Assembly: GCA_963665275.2 (NCBI GenBank)
Contig: CAXXIN010000013.1
Span: forward strand, 160,001-224,000
Length of the DNA stretch: 64,000 bases
Source of the DNA: Negativicutes bacterium
GTDB taxonomy: Bacteria; Bacillota; Negativicutes; UBA1444
Reading direction: 5' to 3'
Both the position numbers and the translations under genes were made by a program. The notes under the pieces are model-generated. The model saw nothing but the letters and a program-made list of their open reading frames with translations, did no database searches and was not told the DNA's origin. Within the stretch, counting starts at the first letter, position 1, and each line of letters opens with the position of its first letter. Shown piece after piece: positions 8,036 through 18,956 of this stretch.

Positions 8036-9206
8036 TCAAGACTGTCACAAACGTGGTCCCATGGAATAGATACGGATCCCCGTGTTGCAGCGGCCCGAAT
8101 TCGCCATAGCAGTAAAATCCGGCAAACGGCGTGTTTGGCAGGTGGGCTTGCACTTCTTGCGCTTCTTTGGAGATCTGAACTCCCATGCTCATTTTGCGTC
8201 CTGCGCAGGAAAACAGTAAAGCGGCAACAACATTTTTCCCGGCAAAGGAGTCCTGTGCTTGGCGAAGCGACGTCTGACAGGATTCGATCAGAGTGGCTTT
8301 GTCTGCCATGCCAATCTGAACCATAGACCCTTCAGCCACCTTTCCATTCAGCGTCACGCTGCCGCGCTCCGGATCGGATGCGGGCGCACTGCGCACATAG
8401 TATCGGTCGTCTCCCGCCGGAAATACCGCTAGGCAATAATTCATAAACAAATCATACTCGCCAACATATCGGCGAAAATAATCAAACGCCCGTTGCTCGC
8501 CAATCCGGTAAAGGACATTGTCGGTGACTTGCGTGACTGGCTCTTTGGCGCCAAGCGGCGAGTGGCCGCCTTTGATGCCGAAAGAATACGCAACGGGTCC
8601 GGCGAACAGCAGCATCGCCACACTGTCCGTGAATATTTCACTCTGACAAAACTGAAAGGTCTTCCTCTGTTTGGAATGGGCGGCCGCCGCCCCGCCGAAG
8701 ACCGGGAAGGCTTCACCGAGCACTCCTTGAATGCCTTTGTCCACGGCCGATACCCCGGCATTGAACGGATCGGTGAGAATGATGGCGAATTTTTCATGAC
8801 CGCTCTGCCGTTGCAAACGGCTGTGGGCGACATAAGCTGCCTCCCGACCGGAGCCTTCTCCATCCGAGGCCGCATTTTTGCCGACGCCGGCGCGGATTTC
8901 CACAGTATCGGAAACGAAAACCATCAATACCAGCGAATCATCGGTAAACCCCTTCTTCGACGCAATCTCTCCGTCCGTTGTGCAGCCGATAACCTCCATC
9001 GCAGGGTACTCCGCATGCAGCCGCGACAGGATCTCCGCATGATCCAAATCAATCGAGCAAAATACAATTCCGGCCTGCGGCTTCATCCCCTCAGGCAACT
9101 CCGAGCGTATTTGACCGATCACCTCCCGAACAGCTTCCGCTGTCAACGGATCTTCACTTTGTCCGACGATGGCCTGAAACATATGAACCGCCTCCCTTTC
9201 ATTCAT
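8013..9206 (-). CDS. FIST signal-transduction protein (FIST-N and FIST-C)
   Basis: IGCTTDGEI, PVFGG, FSCAGR and GFYCYGE motifs. Confidence 0.9.
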   Translation of the reverse strand: MNEREAVHMFQAIVGQSEDPLTAEAVREVIGQIRSELPEGMKPQAGIVFCSIDLDHAEILSRLHAEYPAMEVIGCTTDGEIASKKGFTDDSLVLMVFVSDTVEIRAGVGKNAASDGEGSGREAAYVAHSRLQRQSGHEKFAIILTDPFNAGVSAVDKGIQGVLGEAFPVFGGAAAAHSKQRKTFQFCQSEIFTDSVAMLLFAGPVAYSFGIKGGHSPLGAKEPVTQVTDNVLYRIGEQRAFDYFRRYVGEYDLFMNYCLAVFPAGDDRYYVRSAPASDPERGSVTLNGKVAEGSMVQIGMADKATLIESCQTSLRQAQDSFAGKNVVAALLFSCAGRKMSMGVQISKEAQEVQAHLPNTPFAGFYCYGEFGPLQHGDPYLFHGTTFVTVLIGESEEA

Positions 9207-9226
9207 AAGGACCCTAACTGGTAAAG

Positions 9227-11008
9227 CTATGAATTTCCAAAAAGATCCGGCTCGTTGAACAGTTCGTCAGCCATACTGACAAACGCAGCCACAAGCGCCG
9301 GATCAAATTGCGTTCCAGAATTCAATCTCAACTGATGAAGAATTTCCGTCTTTTTCAAAGCCTTTCGGTAGGGACGATCCACTGCCATAGCCGCCACTGA
9401 ATCGGCTACGGAGCAAATGCGAACCAAGAGGGGAATGGTTTCCCCCTCTAATTGATGCGGATACCCTGTTCCGTCCCATTTCTCATGGTGGTATAAAACG
9501 ATTTGTCTGCCGTCGCCAATATAGCTGTTATTTTTCAACAGTTCATGTCCGATGGCAGGATGGTTTTTCATCGTCGCATATTCCAAACTCGTCAGCGCGC
9601 TTTCCTTTAATAAAACACTATCATTCAAGGAAAGCTTGCCAATATCGTGCAGCAAAGATCCCCAATTGAGCTGCAGCAGTTCTTTTTCCGACAACGACAG
9701 CTTTCGTCCCATGGTCATGGAAATTTTATTGGCCAATAGACAGTGCTCCGCCGTATCACTTTCGCGTGCCAACAATGTCTTGAGAAAGGTGGTCAGCATC
9801 ACCACATCCGGCGACAACGCTCCGCCTTTGGCATCAGCTTCAAGCTTGGTAGTAAGCTCCGAAATTGTCTGGCTCTCAAAAGCGATATCATTCATCCGAG
9901 TCACGACTATGCCGCCCATGCGGAATTGTCCGTCCTGATAAGTGCATACCCGGTTGCGGCCCGACTCCTTGGCAGCATACATGGCGGTATCCGCATCTTG
10001 AATCAATTGTTCGGCGCTGATCCCATTTTTCGCCTCCGCCATACCGATGCTCACGGTAATTTGGCCGCAGAGGTGATCGGGCCCCATCGGAAAGTCATGC
10101 GTCTCTACGATCCCACGCATCCGCAAGGCCAGAATCTCAGCCTGAGTAGCATCTACCGCCGGCATTATGAGCAAAAATTCTTCGCCGCCAAACCTGCCGA
10201 GGACATCTTGACTGCGAACATTTTCGGTCAACAACTCCGCCAATTCCGCCAATAGAACATCGCCGCTGACATGCCCATAGGTGTCGTTATATTTCTTAAA
10301 ATAATCAATATCCATCATCAACAGCCAAAGGGATTTGCCTGAGCGCTCAGCCTGCGCCAGTTCTTCCTCCAGTCGTTGCATCAAATAGCTGGCATTGAAA
10401 AGGTTGGTCTTAGCATCCCTGATCGCCATTTCCCGTAAGATATCCTGCGTAGTCTGCAAGTCACCAATGGTAACAATTACTTTAGATTCCGCCGTTCGGA
10501 TAATTTTCAGAGGAAACTTGTATATGGCAACAGCAAAAAAGACTCCAAGAAAACCAAAAAAGCTGATGGCAATAGCCGCCGCTTGCCAGAGAGCCTCCAT
10601 ATTTTCAACGATTTCGAGAACTCCATAAGTTTGCCCCAGATATTTGATTGGAGTTTTCGTAGTAATAGCGAACCCAGGCACGGGGCTAAAGTTTTGCTCA
10701 AAAACTGTTGTCCCCACTTGATTGGATATGCGGATCAGTGCGACAACTTCGCTCTGCGGCATTCGATGGGTGGTTTCGACAAAACGAGGAACATCAAAAA
10801 ACCAAAACTCCGGGTTATCTTGTATCGCCAACTGAAGATTTTCCGCCAGCAGTTCTCCTCTCAGCATCGCATACATTTCCCGGTCCCGATAACTCATGAT
10901 GATGAAAGTCGCCGGCAGCGCTATAGCGGTGATCAATCCGATAATCACCGCCAGCCAAATCATTCGTTTGGAAAACTCCTTGGAAAAACTTACTGTATTC
11001 TGCAACAC
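9227..11008 (-). CDS. Membrane-bound bifunctional GGDEF plus HD-GYP protein
   Basis: Two TM helices, RSQD..GGEEF, LLHDIGK, HHEKWDGTGYP, RPYR. Confidence 0.9.
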   Translation of the reverse strand: MLQNTVSFSKEFSKRMIWLAVIIGLITAIALPATFIIMSYRDREMYAMLRGELLAENLQLAIQDNPEFWFFDVPRFVETTHRMPQSEVVALIRISNQVGTTVFEQNFSPVPGFAITTKTPIKYLGQTYGVLEIVENMEALWQAAAIAISFFGFLGVFFAVAIYKFPLKIIRTAESKVIVTIGDLQTTQDILREMAIRDAKTNLFNASYLMQRLEEELAQAERSGKSLWLLMMDIDYFKKYNDTYGHVSGDVLLAELAELLTENVRSQDVLGRFGGEEFLLIMPAVDATQAEILALRMRGIVETHDFPMGPDHLCGQITVSIGMAEAKNGISAEQLIQDADTAMYAAKESGRNRVCTYQDGQFRMGGIVVTRMNDIAFESQTISELTTKLEADAKGGALSPDVVMLTTFLKTLLARESDTAEHCLLANKISMTMGRKLSLSEKELLQLNWGSLLHDIGKLSLNDSVLLKESALTSLEYATMKNHPAIGHELLKNNSYIGDGRQIVLYHHEKWDGTGYPHQLEGETIPLLVRICSVADSVAAMAVDRPYRKALKKTEILHQLRLNSGTQFDPALVAAFVSMADELFNEPDLFGNS

Positions 11009-11016
11009 ACACCTAC

Positions 11017-11904
11017 CTAACGAGATGGCGTCCCGCCGTTAGCCACAATAATGCCGCGCCCTTCATCCGATGTTGCAAATGCAACAAATGCCTTGGCCCG
11101 CTCGCTCAACGAGTCTTTATATACAAAACTTAACTGTTTGCTGTACGGATAGGACCCGGCTTGAATATTCTCCGGAGTTGCCGCCACACCCTTCACCGTC
11201 AGCGCCTTGATCCCGGAATTGATTGTGATATCCGTCGTATCGGTATGGCCAAAAACACCCGGTTTGTTTCGCAGGGCAGTCGACATATCCACATCATGGT
11301 ACATGACCTGCCAGCGTTTTTCATGCAATGATTCAGCAATAGTTTTTTCAAGTCCCGGAATCAGCTGAAACAAGATCTGGTTGGAGCTGTCATGCATCCC
11401 CCGAATCAGCACGACAATCTTGCTGCCATCACTCCAGGTGGTTTTCAGGCCCTGATGGATTTTCAGAATATCTTCCAAGCTGACATCATTATCAGGAGTG
11501 CTCGGATGCGTGGCAAAGACAATCCCTACCCGCGCATAGGGGATCTCTTTCAGTCCCCCCGATTTTTCCGCCGCAGTCAACTCGCGTGATATCAGCCCCA
11601 GATCGAGAGTTCCTGTCTGCACGGCCTTGATCGCTCCATCCGAGCCGATGCTTTTGGGCACTTCGATACTGCTGTTGTTTTTTTTATTATAGGCAGCCGC
11701 CAATTTTTCGGTGATCGGCAGATTGGTCCCGGAGCCTGCAACGACAAACCTGTTGGAGGAGAGAACTACCGGCGCAGGTTTCGCCGTTTGATTGACATTT
11801 GGCGGCGAAGCCTGATTGGAGCAGCCGGCAATCAACGCCAGTACACTCAAAAATACCAACACATATTTTCTTCGTATTTTCATCGTTCCACCAACAGTTT
11901 TCAC
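11017..11904 (-). CDS. PstS-like substrate-binding lipoprotein
   Basis: Lipobox LIAGC; AGSGT, SIGS.GAI, DLGLISR, GSYPY. Confidence 0.8.
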   Translation of the reverse strand: MKTVGGTMKIRRKYVLVFLSVLALIAGCSNQASPPNVNQTAKPAPVVLSSNRFVVAGSGTNLPITEKLAAAYNKKNNSSIEVPKSIGSDGAIKAVQTGTLDLGLISRELTAAEKSGGLKEIPYARVGIVFATHPSTPDNDVSLEDILKIHQGLKTTWSDGSKIVVLIRGMHDSSNQILFQLIPGLEKTIAESLHEKRWQVMYHDVDMSTALRNKPGVFGHTDTTDITINSGIKALTVKGVAATPENIQAGSYPYSKQLSFVYKDSLSERAKAFVAFATSDEGRGIIVANGGTPSR

Positions 11905-11916
11905 AGCAACATCCCC

Positions 11917-13650
11917 TTACACCCGGAACTTGGACAATGCACTCTGCAGTTCAGTTGCCAATTGCGCCAGCGCCTGGCTGGCAGAGGCGATTTCTTCCAT
12001 GGAGGCGGACTGCTCTTCTGTCGCCGCCGATACGTTCTGCGATTCTGCCGCCGCTTCGCGGCTGAGACTTTCCACCTCTTTAATCGATCCGACAATGCGT
12101 TGGCTGCCGACAGCGGCCTCATTGATCGCGGTGGCAATGATGCGGACCTGCTCGGTAACCCGAACGATCTGTCCATTGATGGCGCCGAAGTTGGTTCCGG
12201 CCACATTGACCAGCTCCACCCCGTGGTTTATGTCACGAATGGCGGTATCAATCGCGCCTACCACATTTCCAATGCTGCTATGGTTTTGCTCGACCAGTTT
12301 TTTAATCTGATGCGCTGCAGTTTCGGACTGTTCCGCCAGCTTGCGGACTTCTTCGGCCACAACGGCGAACCCGCGTCCCTGCTCCCCGGCCCGCGCCGCT
12401 TCGATAGCGGCATTGAGCGCCAAGAGGTTCGTCTGTCCGGCGATGGTCGAAATCAGTCCCACGATTTCGCCAATTTGCGCCGAGCTTTCCTTGAGCTCTA
12501 CCGCCGCAGTCTGCGCCTGCTTGGCCCCCACGCTGACCTCACCCATTTGGGTTACCGCCTGGTCCACGGAGTTTTTTCCTTCGACCGCAGCAGCGGCGGT
12601 TTGTTCGGACATTGTCGCCATCTCGGCGGCGGTGGCGGAAACTTCTTCCATCGTCGCCGAAATTTCCTGTACGATGGCTGAAGTGTCGTTGACCGCGCCA
12701 ACTTGCTTCTCGCTGCCCGTCGCTACCTGTTGGATGGAAGTCGCAACGTTGGTGGACGCCAGAGCCGACTGCTCAGCATTGGCGGTCAGTTCTTCAGAGG
12801 ACGCCGCCAGTTGTTCAGCGCTTTGCGATACCTGGCCGATCAAAGTCCGGATACTGCGCAGCATCCGGTCGAAGGATCGGCCCATGTCGCCGAATTCATC
12901 ACGCCGTTTCAAATAGCTTGCGTCAATATCCTTATTAAAATACCCCTGGGCCATCTCGTCCAATCGTTCGCAGACTGCCAGCAACGGCTTGGTAATCATT
13001 CGAGTCAGGTAGAAACTGACGATGATGACCATTAGCAGCGCTACTACGCTGAACACAAGGGTCGTGGTCTTCACCGAACCGGCTGTTGCGCTGGAAGCGG
13101 CCATCTGATCGGCGATCGCCTTTCGATTGTCCGCCACCTGAGCAATGGTCGTTTTATTAATGTCTTCCGTCACCTTGACCAGCGTGGTACCGATTTCAAT
13201 GAACTGGTCTTCCATTGTTTTGAGAGCGACCGGATTCAACGTACTGGAACTTTTTTCCCGATGATACTGCTGCACAACCGGAAACAATTTTCCTTGAATA
13301 TTGTCCTTATAGTGCTTTATATCGGCAATGAGTTTTTCGACTTGCGTCTTTTTCTCCGGCCTCGCCACTTGCAGTAACTCCGTAGAGATTTTTATCGCTT
13401 CATCATATTTATCAATAGCTTGTTTCGCAAAGGTTTCTTTACCATAAAGCATATATCCCCGCGAAGCTAGCACGCCTTCTGTGAATTTCTGGTCCACTGC
13501 GCTCACTAATTCTACCCGTTGACTGCTCCGCTGAATCGAGACCATTTGTGTTTCCACATTACTGGCGGAATAGTAGGAAGTCCCGCCCATTGCCAGCAAT
13601 ACCAGAATGACCATACAGAATCCCAGCCCAATTTTTGCTCCAACCTTCAT
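11917..13650 (-). CDS. Methyl-accepting chemotaxis protein (helical periplasmic sensor, HAMP)
   Basis: Two TM, HAMP (RRDEFG), [30 protein letters not shown]; start moved to the RBS-supported ATG. Confidence 0.93.
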   Translation of the reverse strand: MKVGAKIGLGFCMVILVLLAMGGTSYYSASNVETQMVSIQRSSQRVELVSAVDQKFTEGVLASRGYMLYGKETFAKQAIDKYDEAIKISTELLQVARPEKKTQVEKLIADIKHYKDNIQGKLFPVVQQYHREKSSSTLNPVALKTMEDQFIEIGTTLVKVTEDINKTTIAQVADNRKAIADQMAASSATAGSVKTTTLVFSVVALLMVIIVSFYLTRMITKPLLAVCERLDEMAQGYFNKDIDASYLKRRDEFGDMGRSFDRMLRSIRTLIGQVSQSAEQLAASSEELTANAEQSALASTNVATSIQQVATGSEKQVGAVNDTSAIVQEISATMEEVSATAAEMATMSEQTAAAAVEGKNSVDQAVTQMGEVSVGAKQAQTAAVELKESSAQIGEIVGLISTIAGQTNLLALNAAIEAARAGEQGRGFAVVAEEVRKLAEQSETAAHQIKKLVEQNHSSIGNVVGAIDTAIRDINHGVELVNVAGTNFGAINGQIVRVTEQVRIIATAINEAAVGSQRIVGSIKEVESLSREAAAESQNVSAATEEQSASMEEIASASQALAQLATELQSALSKFRV

Positions 13651-13713
13651 TTTCCATGTTCCCCTTTCCCTTTTACAATTCACTGTTTTCTATTTGTCCT
13701 TGATGCTTTTAGG

Positions 13714-16254
13714 TTATGCTGAATCCGTCTCTGTACTTTCCGACATATAACTACTGCAAAAATAATCCATGCCGCAATTATCAGCAGCTTCGCTATGTAA
13801 AAGGGCTTCCATCTTGTCGGCAGGCATCGGTCTATGGAAGTAATATCCCTGGATCTCGTCGCAGCCTTTCTGTACCAGATACTCCAACTCCTCGGCGGTT
13901 TCCACGCCTTCCGCAATAACCTTCAAGCTGAGATTGTGCGCCAGGTCAATGATGGAACTGACTATCGCCTCATCCTTCCGGTTCTTGCCAATGCCGGAAA
14001 TAAAAGGTTGCGCGATCTTCAAACGATCCACCGATACAGTTTTGATCGTCATAAACGAAGAATAGTCAGTACCAAAATCGTCAACGGCGAGGGCAATATT
14101 GTTTTGTTTAATGCGCTCCAAAATGGAAGCCATTTCCTCGTCTTTGGCAAATGCCATGCTTTCCGTAATTTCAAACTCAATCCGCCGCGGATCAGCCCTC
14201 ATCGTCGCAATACAAGATTTAACCTGGTCTTCAAAATCGCGCTCCCTCAGTTGGCGAGCCGATAAATTGACCGCCATGATCAAATGCTCGAATCCCTGTT
14301 CATGCCAACGCCGCAACTGGTCACAGGCTTGATTCATGACCCAATTTCCGATGGGAACGATGAGGCCCGTTTCTTCTGCAATGGGAATGAATCGGCTGGG
14401 CGGGATCAACTCCCCAGGTTCTACCCGCCAACGCAGCAAGGCTTCCACTCCGCTGATCTTACGGGTCTTTAGATTGACCTGCGGTTGATAATACAGCTCC
14501 AGTTCACCTTTCTCCATGGCCCGAAACAGTCTGTTGCGAAGCTGATTTCTTTCGAGCACTTTCTTTTTCATCAGGGTCGATGAAAATCGATAATCGTTTT
14601 TCCCAGCCCTTTTCGCAGCATACATGGCAATATCCGCGTTTTTTATCAAAGTATCGGCGTCTTTTCCATCATCAGGATAAAATGCAATTCCCATGCTGAC
14701 CGAAAGAAACGCTTCGCTGCCATCAATCAAAAACGGCTTCTCAAACAGTTGTTTAAACCGATCAACATACTTTGCCACAGTGCGCTGGAAGTCCTTATGA
14801 GGGAGTCCTTCCATGAGCAGCAGAAATTCATCGCCGCCGATGCGACACAGGGCATCCCCTTTTCTACTGATGCTCCGCATCCGCTCCGCAACTTCCTCCA
14901 ATGCCAAGTCTCCGTTCGAATGCCCAAAAGAATCGTTGAGCGTTTTGAAATTGTCCAAATCAAAGAATATAACCGCTAGAGTGTCCCCGAACACCTCTGC
15001 TTTCGTGATTGCCGCGTTGGCCTTATCACAAAATTGCCGCCGATTGGGTAAGCCGGTAAGGATGTCGAAATTGGCCGCATATAGCGCTTGTGTTTCAGCC
15101 GCTGTTCGATCCAGCACCTCTTGTTGCAGCGACAAATTGCTTTCCGCCAGTTCTGCTGTTCGGTCCCGTACCTTGGTTTCCAGTTCATCGTTGGCCTGCT
15201 TCAAGCGTTCTTCGTATCTCTTCTGATCGCCTATATCATGCAATAATAGAATCATTCCCAAGGTTTCGCCGAATTCATCCACCAATGCCTTGCTGGACAG
15301 CAGGCAGGGAACCGTAACCGTCGGGATGCTCGTTTTCAGCAATACTTCGCTCTTTTTTCCACGGGGCTTTGGCATCATCAACCGCCCTACGTCCTCACGC
15401 TTACGATCGGCAATGACCACGGATAACCTCTGCCCCACCAGATCAGGTTCAACAAATCCGGTCAGTTCCAAAAAACTGGCGTTGACTTCCCGAATCACCG
15501 TGTCAGTCCCCACGAGAAGAACTGGATCGATCATTCTTTGCAAAATTTGGCTCGCAGCCGTATGAAAATTGAGTGTCAATAATTTGTACCGCACGATGGC
15601 ATAGGAGATCGCCAACGTAAAAATAGTTGAAAGCAAAATCGCCACCGGCAACACGGGATAACCCAACAACGGCAAGTACGTGTCAAAAGGAACCGCGAGC
15701 ACATAGACCGCCAGCATCGCGCTGACGATAATCCGAGCCTGTCGTTTTTCCCGGACGTTGTCAGCCCGCTTTCCCCAGCGGTAAATCAGCCAGAAACCCA
15801 TCATCGCATATGCCGTGTAATAGACAATGAAAGCGATCTGCCACCCCACTTCCCCTGTATATAGATATACCCAACCCCATTCGGTGTGTGTCAGATACTC
15901 CGGCGATAAAGCGACATTGTAGAGAAAGAAAACCAGCGGAGGCAAGTGGAGGATTTTTTTTGCGAAAGGATTTGCCAGCCAACCTTTATGATTTGTGAAA
16001 TTTAATGCAAACAATAAAAACACACTGTAAAAAAAGCACCAGCCGATCGCTGAAAAAGCCCGCCAATTCATCGCTGCAGCTGCGCTTGGCGCAGTAAGGG
16101 TAAACGTATATCCGCATCCCCAGAAAAAAAGCGTTATGCACATCATCAAAAACACGCGATTTGCGCCGGCACGGCGATTCGCGAGAAAAACCCACACGCC
16201 TAACCCCAGATTCAATATTGCGGCCGTATAGGCAAACAAAGCGGCGATCAGCAC
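13714..16254 (-). CDS. 7TM (HisKA_7TM-like), PAS, GGDEF, EAL protein
   Basis: About seven hydrophobic segments, PAS, GGDEF, VEALLRW, DDFGT; probable GTG start at 16254 after aaggag. Confidence 0.9.
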   Translation of the reverse strand: MLIAALFAYTAAILNLGLGVWVFLANRRAGANRVFLMMCITLFFWGCGYTFTLTAPSAAAAMNWRAFSAIGWCFFYSVFLLFALNFTNHKGWLANPFAKKILHLPPLVFFLYNVALSPEYLTHTEWGWVYLYTGEVGWQIAFIVYYTAYAMMGFWLIYRWGKRADNVREKRQARIIVSAMLAVYVLAVPFDTYLPLLGYPVLPVAILLSTIFTLAISYAIVRYKLLTLNFHTAASQILQRMIDPVLLVGTDTVIREVNASFLELTGFVEPDLVGQRLSVVIADRKREDVGRLMMPKPRGKKSEVLLKTSIPTVTVPCLLSSKALVDEFGETLGMILLLHDIGDQKRYEERLKQANDELETKVRDRTAELAESNLSLQQEVLDRTAAETQALYAANFDILTGLPNRRQFCDKANAAITKAEVFGDTLAVIFFDLDNFKTLNDSFGHSNGDLALEEVAERMRSISRKGDALCRIGGDEFLLLMEGLPHKDFQRTVAKYVDRFKQLFEKPFLIDGSEAFLSVSMGIAFYPDDGKDADTLIKNADIAMYAAKRAGKNDYRFSSTLMKKKVLERNQLRNRLFRAMEKGELELYYQPQVNLKTRKISGVEALLRWRVEPGELIPPSRFIPIAEETGLIVPIGNWVMNQACDQLRRWHEQGFEHLIMAVNLSARQLRERDFEDQVKSCIATMRADPRRIEFEITESMAFAKDEEMASILERIKQNNIALAVDDFGTDYSSFMTIKTVSVDRLKIAQPFISGIGKNRKDEAIVSSIIDLAHNLSLKVIAEGVETAEELEYLVQKGCDEIQGYYFHRPMPADKMEALLHSEAADNCGMDYFCSSYMSESTETDSA

Positions 16255-16450
16255 TGTCAAAAGCTCCTTTGTCAACACATGTATATTGCTGGAAACGAAA
16301 CAAAAATAGGCAAACACGCCTTGTCGCCTGTTATATTTTGTCATAGTTGGGCAAGCTGCGACAATTGCCTGACGAAGCAGTATTTTATTACCTTTATCCG
16401 TGCACACTATCCAAGTGGGATAGTCGGCGAGGAAAAAAACGGAATCAAGC

Positions 16451-16475
16451 AGGAGAATCTTCCACCGAAACGAAA
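16451..16475 (+). promoter_or_regulatory. SigH-like promoter of the V4R operon
   Basis: AGGAGAA-N12-acGAAA. Confidence 0.45.
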
Positions 16476-16518
16476 ATAACTGTATTATCCAAATATAACA
16501 AGCAAGGGAGCGAGCACT

Positions 16519-17046
16519 ATGACACGCAAGTACGAATTCAACTGGGACCTCTTGGGGGACATCGACGAAGGAAGGCCCAATCTGGGGCCCCTGGTACGAC
16601 TTGAAGTATATCGTCTGATGCAGTTCTGCTTTCGCGATGTGCTGGAAAGAAATTATGGTGCAGCTACTACAGATCGTTTATTTGCCGAAGCAGGCGACCT
16701 AGCTGGAAAGCATTTCTTTCAACATGCAGTACCTCACTGTGACAATGTCGGTGATTTCATCCAATCTTTGCAAACAGCCCTCCTGGAAAACGGCATCGGA
16801 ATCTTACGTTTGGAAGAAGCGGACTATGTTCGGGGACGCTTTACACTCAGCATCGCTGAGGATCTGGATTGTTCCGGTTTGCCTGAATTGGGCGACGAGA
16901 TTTGCGTCTATGACGAAGGATTTATTGCCGGATTATTGGAAAGCTTCACCGGTGATAAGTATCATGTCAAAGAAATAGATTGTTGGTGTACCGGCGACCG
17001 AACCTGCCGTTTCGTTGCTGAAATTGTAGAATCCTGTAAGGCTTAG
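16519..17046 (+). CDS. V4R (4-vinyl reductase) domain protein
   Basis: [38 protein letters not shown]. Confidence 0.88.
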   Translation: MTRKYEFNWDLLGDIDEGRPNLGPLVRLEVYRLMQFCFRDVLERNYGAATTDRLFAEAGDLAGKHFFQHAVPHCDNVGDFIQSLQTALLENGIGILRLEEADYVRGRFTLSIAEDLDCSGLPELGDEICVYDEGFIAGLLESFTGDKYHVKEIDCWCTGDRTCRFVAEIVESCKA

Positions 17047-17101
17047 CCCGTGCAACTACAAGAAAACATCGATTTTACCTTAATCGTTACCGCGCTAAGG
17101 G

Positions 17102-18637
17102 ATGTCCTGCAAAAAAAAAGGGCCTCTAAAGAACATGGCTGAAATCAACGCGCTTTACCCCCAGCTTACACCTGTGCTGGAGGACTTGGTCAAACTCCGC
17201 GAATTTTCTCATGCACTGGCTGCCGGAGATTTGCAACAATCACTGGATGTGCGTGGTTATTGCGCTGGATCGTTAAAGGCCCTACAGGCCAATTTACGCC
17301 ATTTAACCTGGCAAACCAGTATGGTGGCTACTGGCGACTATTCGCAGCGCGTCGATTTCATGGGTGACTTTTCGCTTTCCTTCAACAGTATGATTCAAAA
17401 ATTGAAAGAAGCGGCTGAGCAAAAAAAAAAATACAAGCTCTTGGCCGAGAATACGGACGATGTCATCTGGCTCTTGGATACAGAACTGTGCTTGCAGTAT
17501 ATCAGTCCCTCGATAGCCAAGTTGATGGGATATGTGCAAGAAACTTTGGAAGGGCGAATTCTGGCCGATCTTCCGTTACCTTTCATGCATGCAGCTTTTC
17601 CTGATGGAGCAATGGAATCGCCCACACCCGACAGCAATTTTCTTCCCAGGACTGTAGAAATCAACCAGCTTGGGTGTAAGGGCAAACTGATCTGGACCGA
17701 GACTTCCATAACGGTTGCCTACGATAGCAATGGAAACCACCTAGGGTTTTTAGGAGTCACGCGCAATATCAGCGAACGCAAAATCAATGAAGGGCTCTTA
17801 CAACAAGCCTACGAACGAAAACACCGAAACGATTTTTTCAACCGTCTTTTATCTGCCAAAATTTCCAATTTTTCCGAAATACAGTACCTCGCCTCACAAA
17901 ACAAACTCTGGGTTCCCGAGAGTTTTTCGCTATATTTATTGGATACAACAGCATTCAGTCAGGAAACAGGCTGCGCACAAGAAGCCTGCTTCCCCAATAA
18001 ACCGCAGTTCATTGATGCTTTGATCGATTATCTCAACCGCAAGGACAGCCTCATTGCCTGGGAATTGGCGGATACCGGAATCGGCATTATTGAAGCCCGT
18101 TCCGCTCCTGCAGACAAGCAAACCGAAGTTTTGGCAGCGCAGGGGTATATCGAGTATCTTATGGCTTATTTGCCTGGACCGGGTTTCTATCTCGGCATCG
18201 CTGATTTCGCGACAGACTGGATGGATTTTTCCAGTCGACTGGAACATGCCAGAATAGCCGCCAAAGTCGGCATCAGCATTCATTTACAGCGTCAAATATG
18301 CCACTATGACGATTGTGGGGCTTTTCAAGTTCTGGCATCTTTCGCGGCAACCCAAGAATCCGCGCAGTACATTAATCGTACGCTGGGCCCTCTCATAGAA
18401 TATGACCATGTTCATGGCACAGAATTGGTCGACACTCTGGAGAAAATTCTTTCGGGCTTGAGCCTAAAAGATATTGCAGCAGAAACGTTTTTTCACCACA
18501 AAACCATCCAATTACGCAAACGCCGAATTGAGCAACTGCTGAATCTTTCCCTCGATAATCATGAAAATAGAATGGCACTTTCGGCGGCAATTCAGCTGCG
18601 CAAACTAGTCAATCCATACAGGCAAACAAGCTTCTAA
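17102..18637 (+). CDS. HAMP-like, PAS, PucR-family transcriptional regulator
   Basis: GSLKALQANLRHLTWQT..GDYSQRVDF N-domain; PAS; LGPLIEYD..ELVDTL..FHHKTIQLRKRRIEQLL HTH. Confidence 0.8.
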   Translation: MSCKKKGPLKNMAEINALYPQLTPVLEDLVKLREFSHALAAGDLQQSLDVRGYCAGSLKALQANLRHLTWQTSMVATGDYSQRVDFMGDFSLSFNSMIQKLKEAAEQKKKYKLLAENTDDVIWLLDTELCLQYISPSIAKLMGYVQETLEGRILADLPLPFMHAAFPDGAMESPTPDSNFLPRTVEINQLGCKGKLIWTETSITVAYDSNGNHLGFLGVTRNISERKINEGLLQQAYERKHRNDFFNRLLSAKISNFSEIQYLASQNKLWVPESFSLYLLDTTAFSQETGCAQEACFPNKPQFIDALIDYLNRKDSLIAWELADTGIGIIEARSAPADKQTEVLAAQGYIEYLMAYLPGPGFYLGIADFATDWMDFSSRLEHARIAAKVGISIHLQRQICHYDDCGAFQVLASFAATQESAQYINRTLGPLIEYDHVHGTELVDTLEKILSGLSLKDIAAETFFHHKTIQLRKRRIEQLLNLSLDNHENRMALSAAIQLRKLVNPYRQTSF

Positions 18638-18667
18638 AGGATTCGATTAGATTGTGCACTTATATAT

Positions 18668-18684
18668 AGCAAGAAGCATGCCAA
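18668..18684 (-). promoter_or_regulatory. Sigma54 -24/-12 promoter with no sense gene downstream
   Basis: ttGGCATGCTTCTTGCt. Confidence 0.65.
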
Positions 18685-18775
18685 GCAGCAACCCACTCCA
18701 TCCCCTCCCCCAATAAGCCCGATCTGCCTGGCAATCAGTCATATCTTAAGGTTTAGCCAAGCAATAATACACATC

Positions 18776-18839
18776 AAACTTCCCACAAAATCTTCCGATA
18801 TGGGAAGTTTTTGTGGGAAGTTTTTGTGGGAAGTTTTTG
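18776..18839. repeat. Enhancer-like repeat array: 13-bp units tgggaagtttttg x3 plus two inverted units
   Basis: aaacttcccacaaaatcttcc-gatatg-ggaagtttttgtgggaagtttttgtgggaagtttttg; the motif recurs at 21699-21737. Confidence 0.8.
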
Positions 18840-18956
18840 CAACACTCAGCCTGTCTTCCTCCGTCATGGAAGAAAACGGGTTAATACAGGAAAGTATTCT
18901 GGCAATCATGACTGCATACCCAAATAATATAAGATCTATTCGGATCGTTGTAGAAC

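Noticed and set aside
16300-16330. Third ANTAR element (gacaaggcgtg in a hairpin before the 7TM gene)
   Set aside because: Loop is 5 nt and lies inside the hairpin rather than overlapping its 5' arm; too weak
18776-18839. CRISPR-like or mini-array
   Set aside because: 13-bp units are contiguous with no spacers, and no cas genes are present
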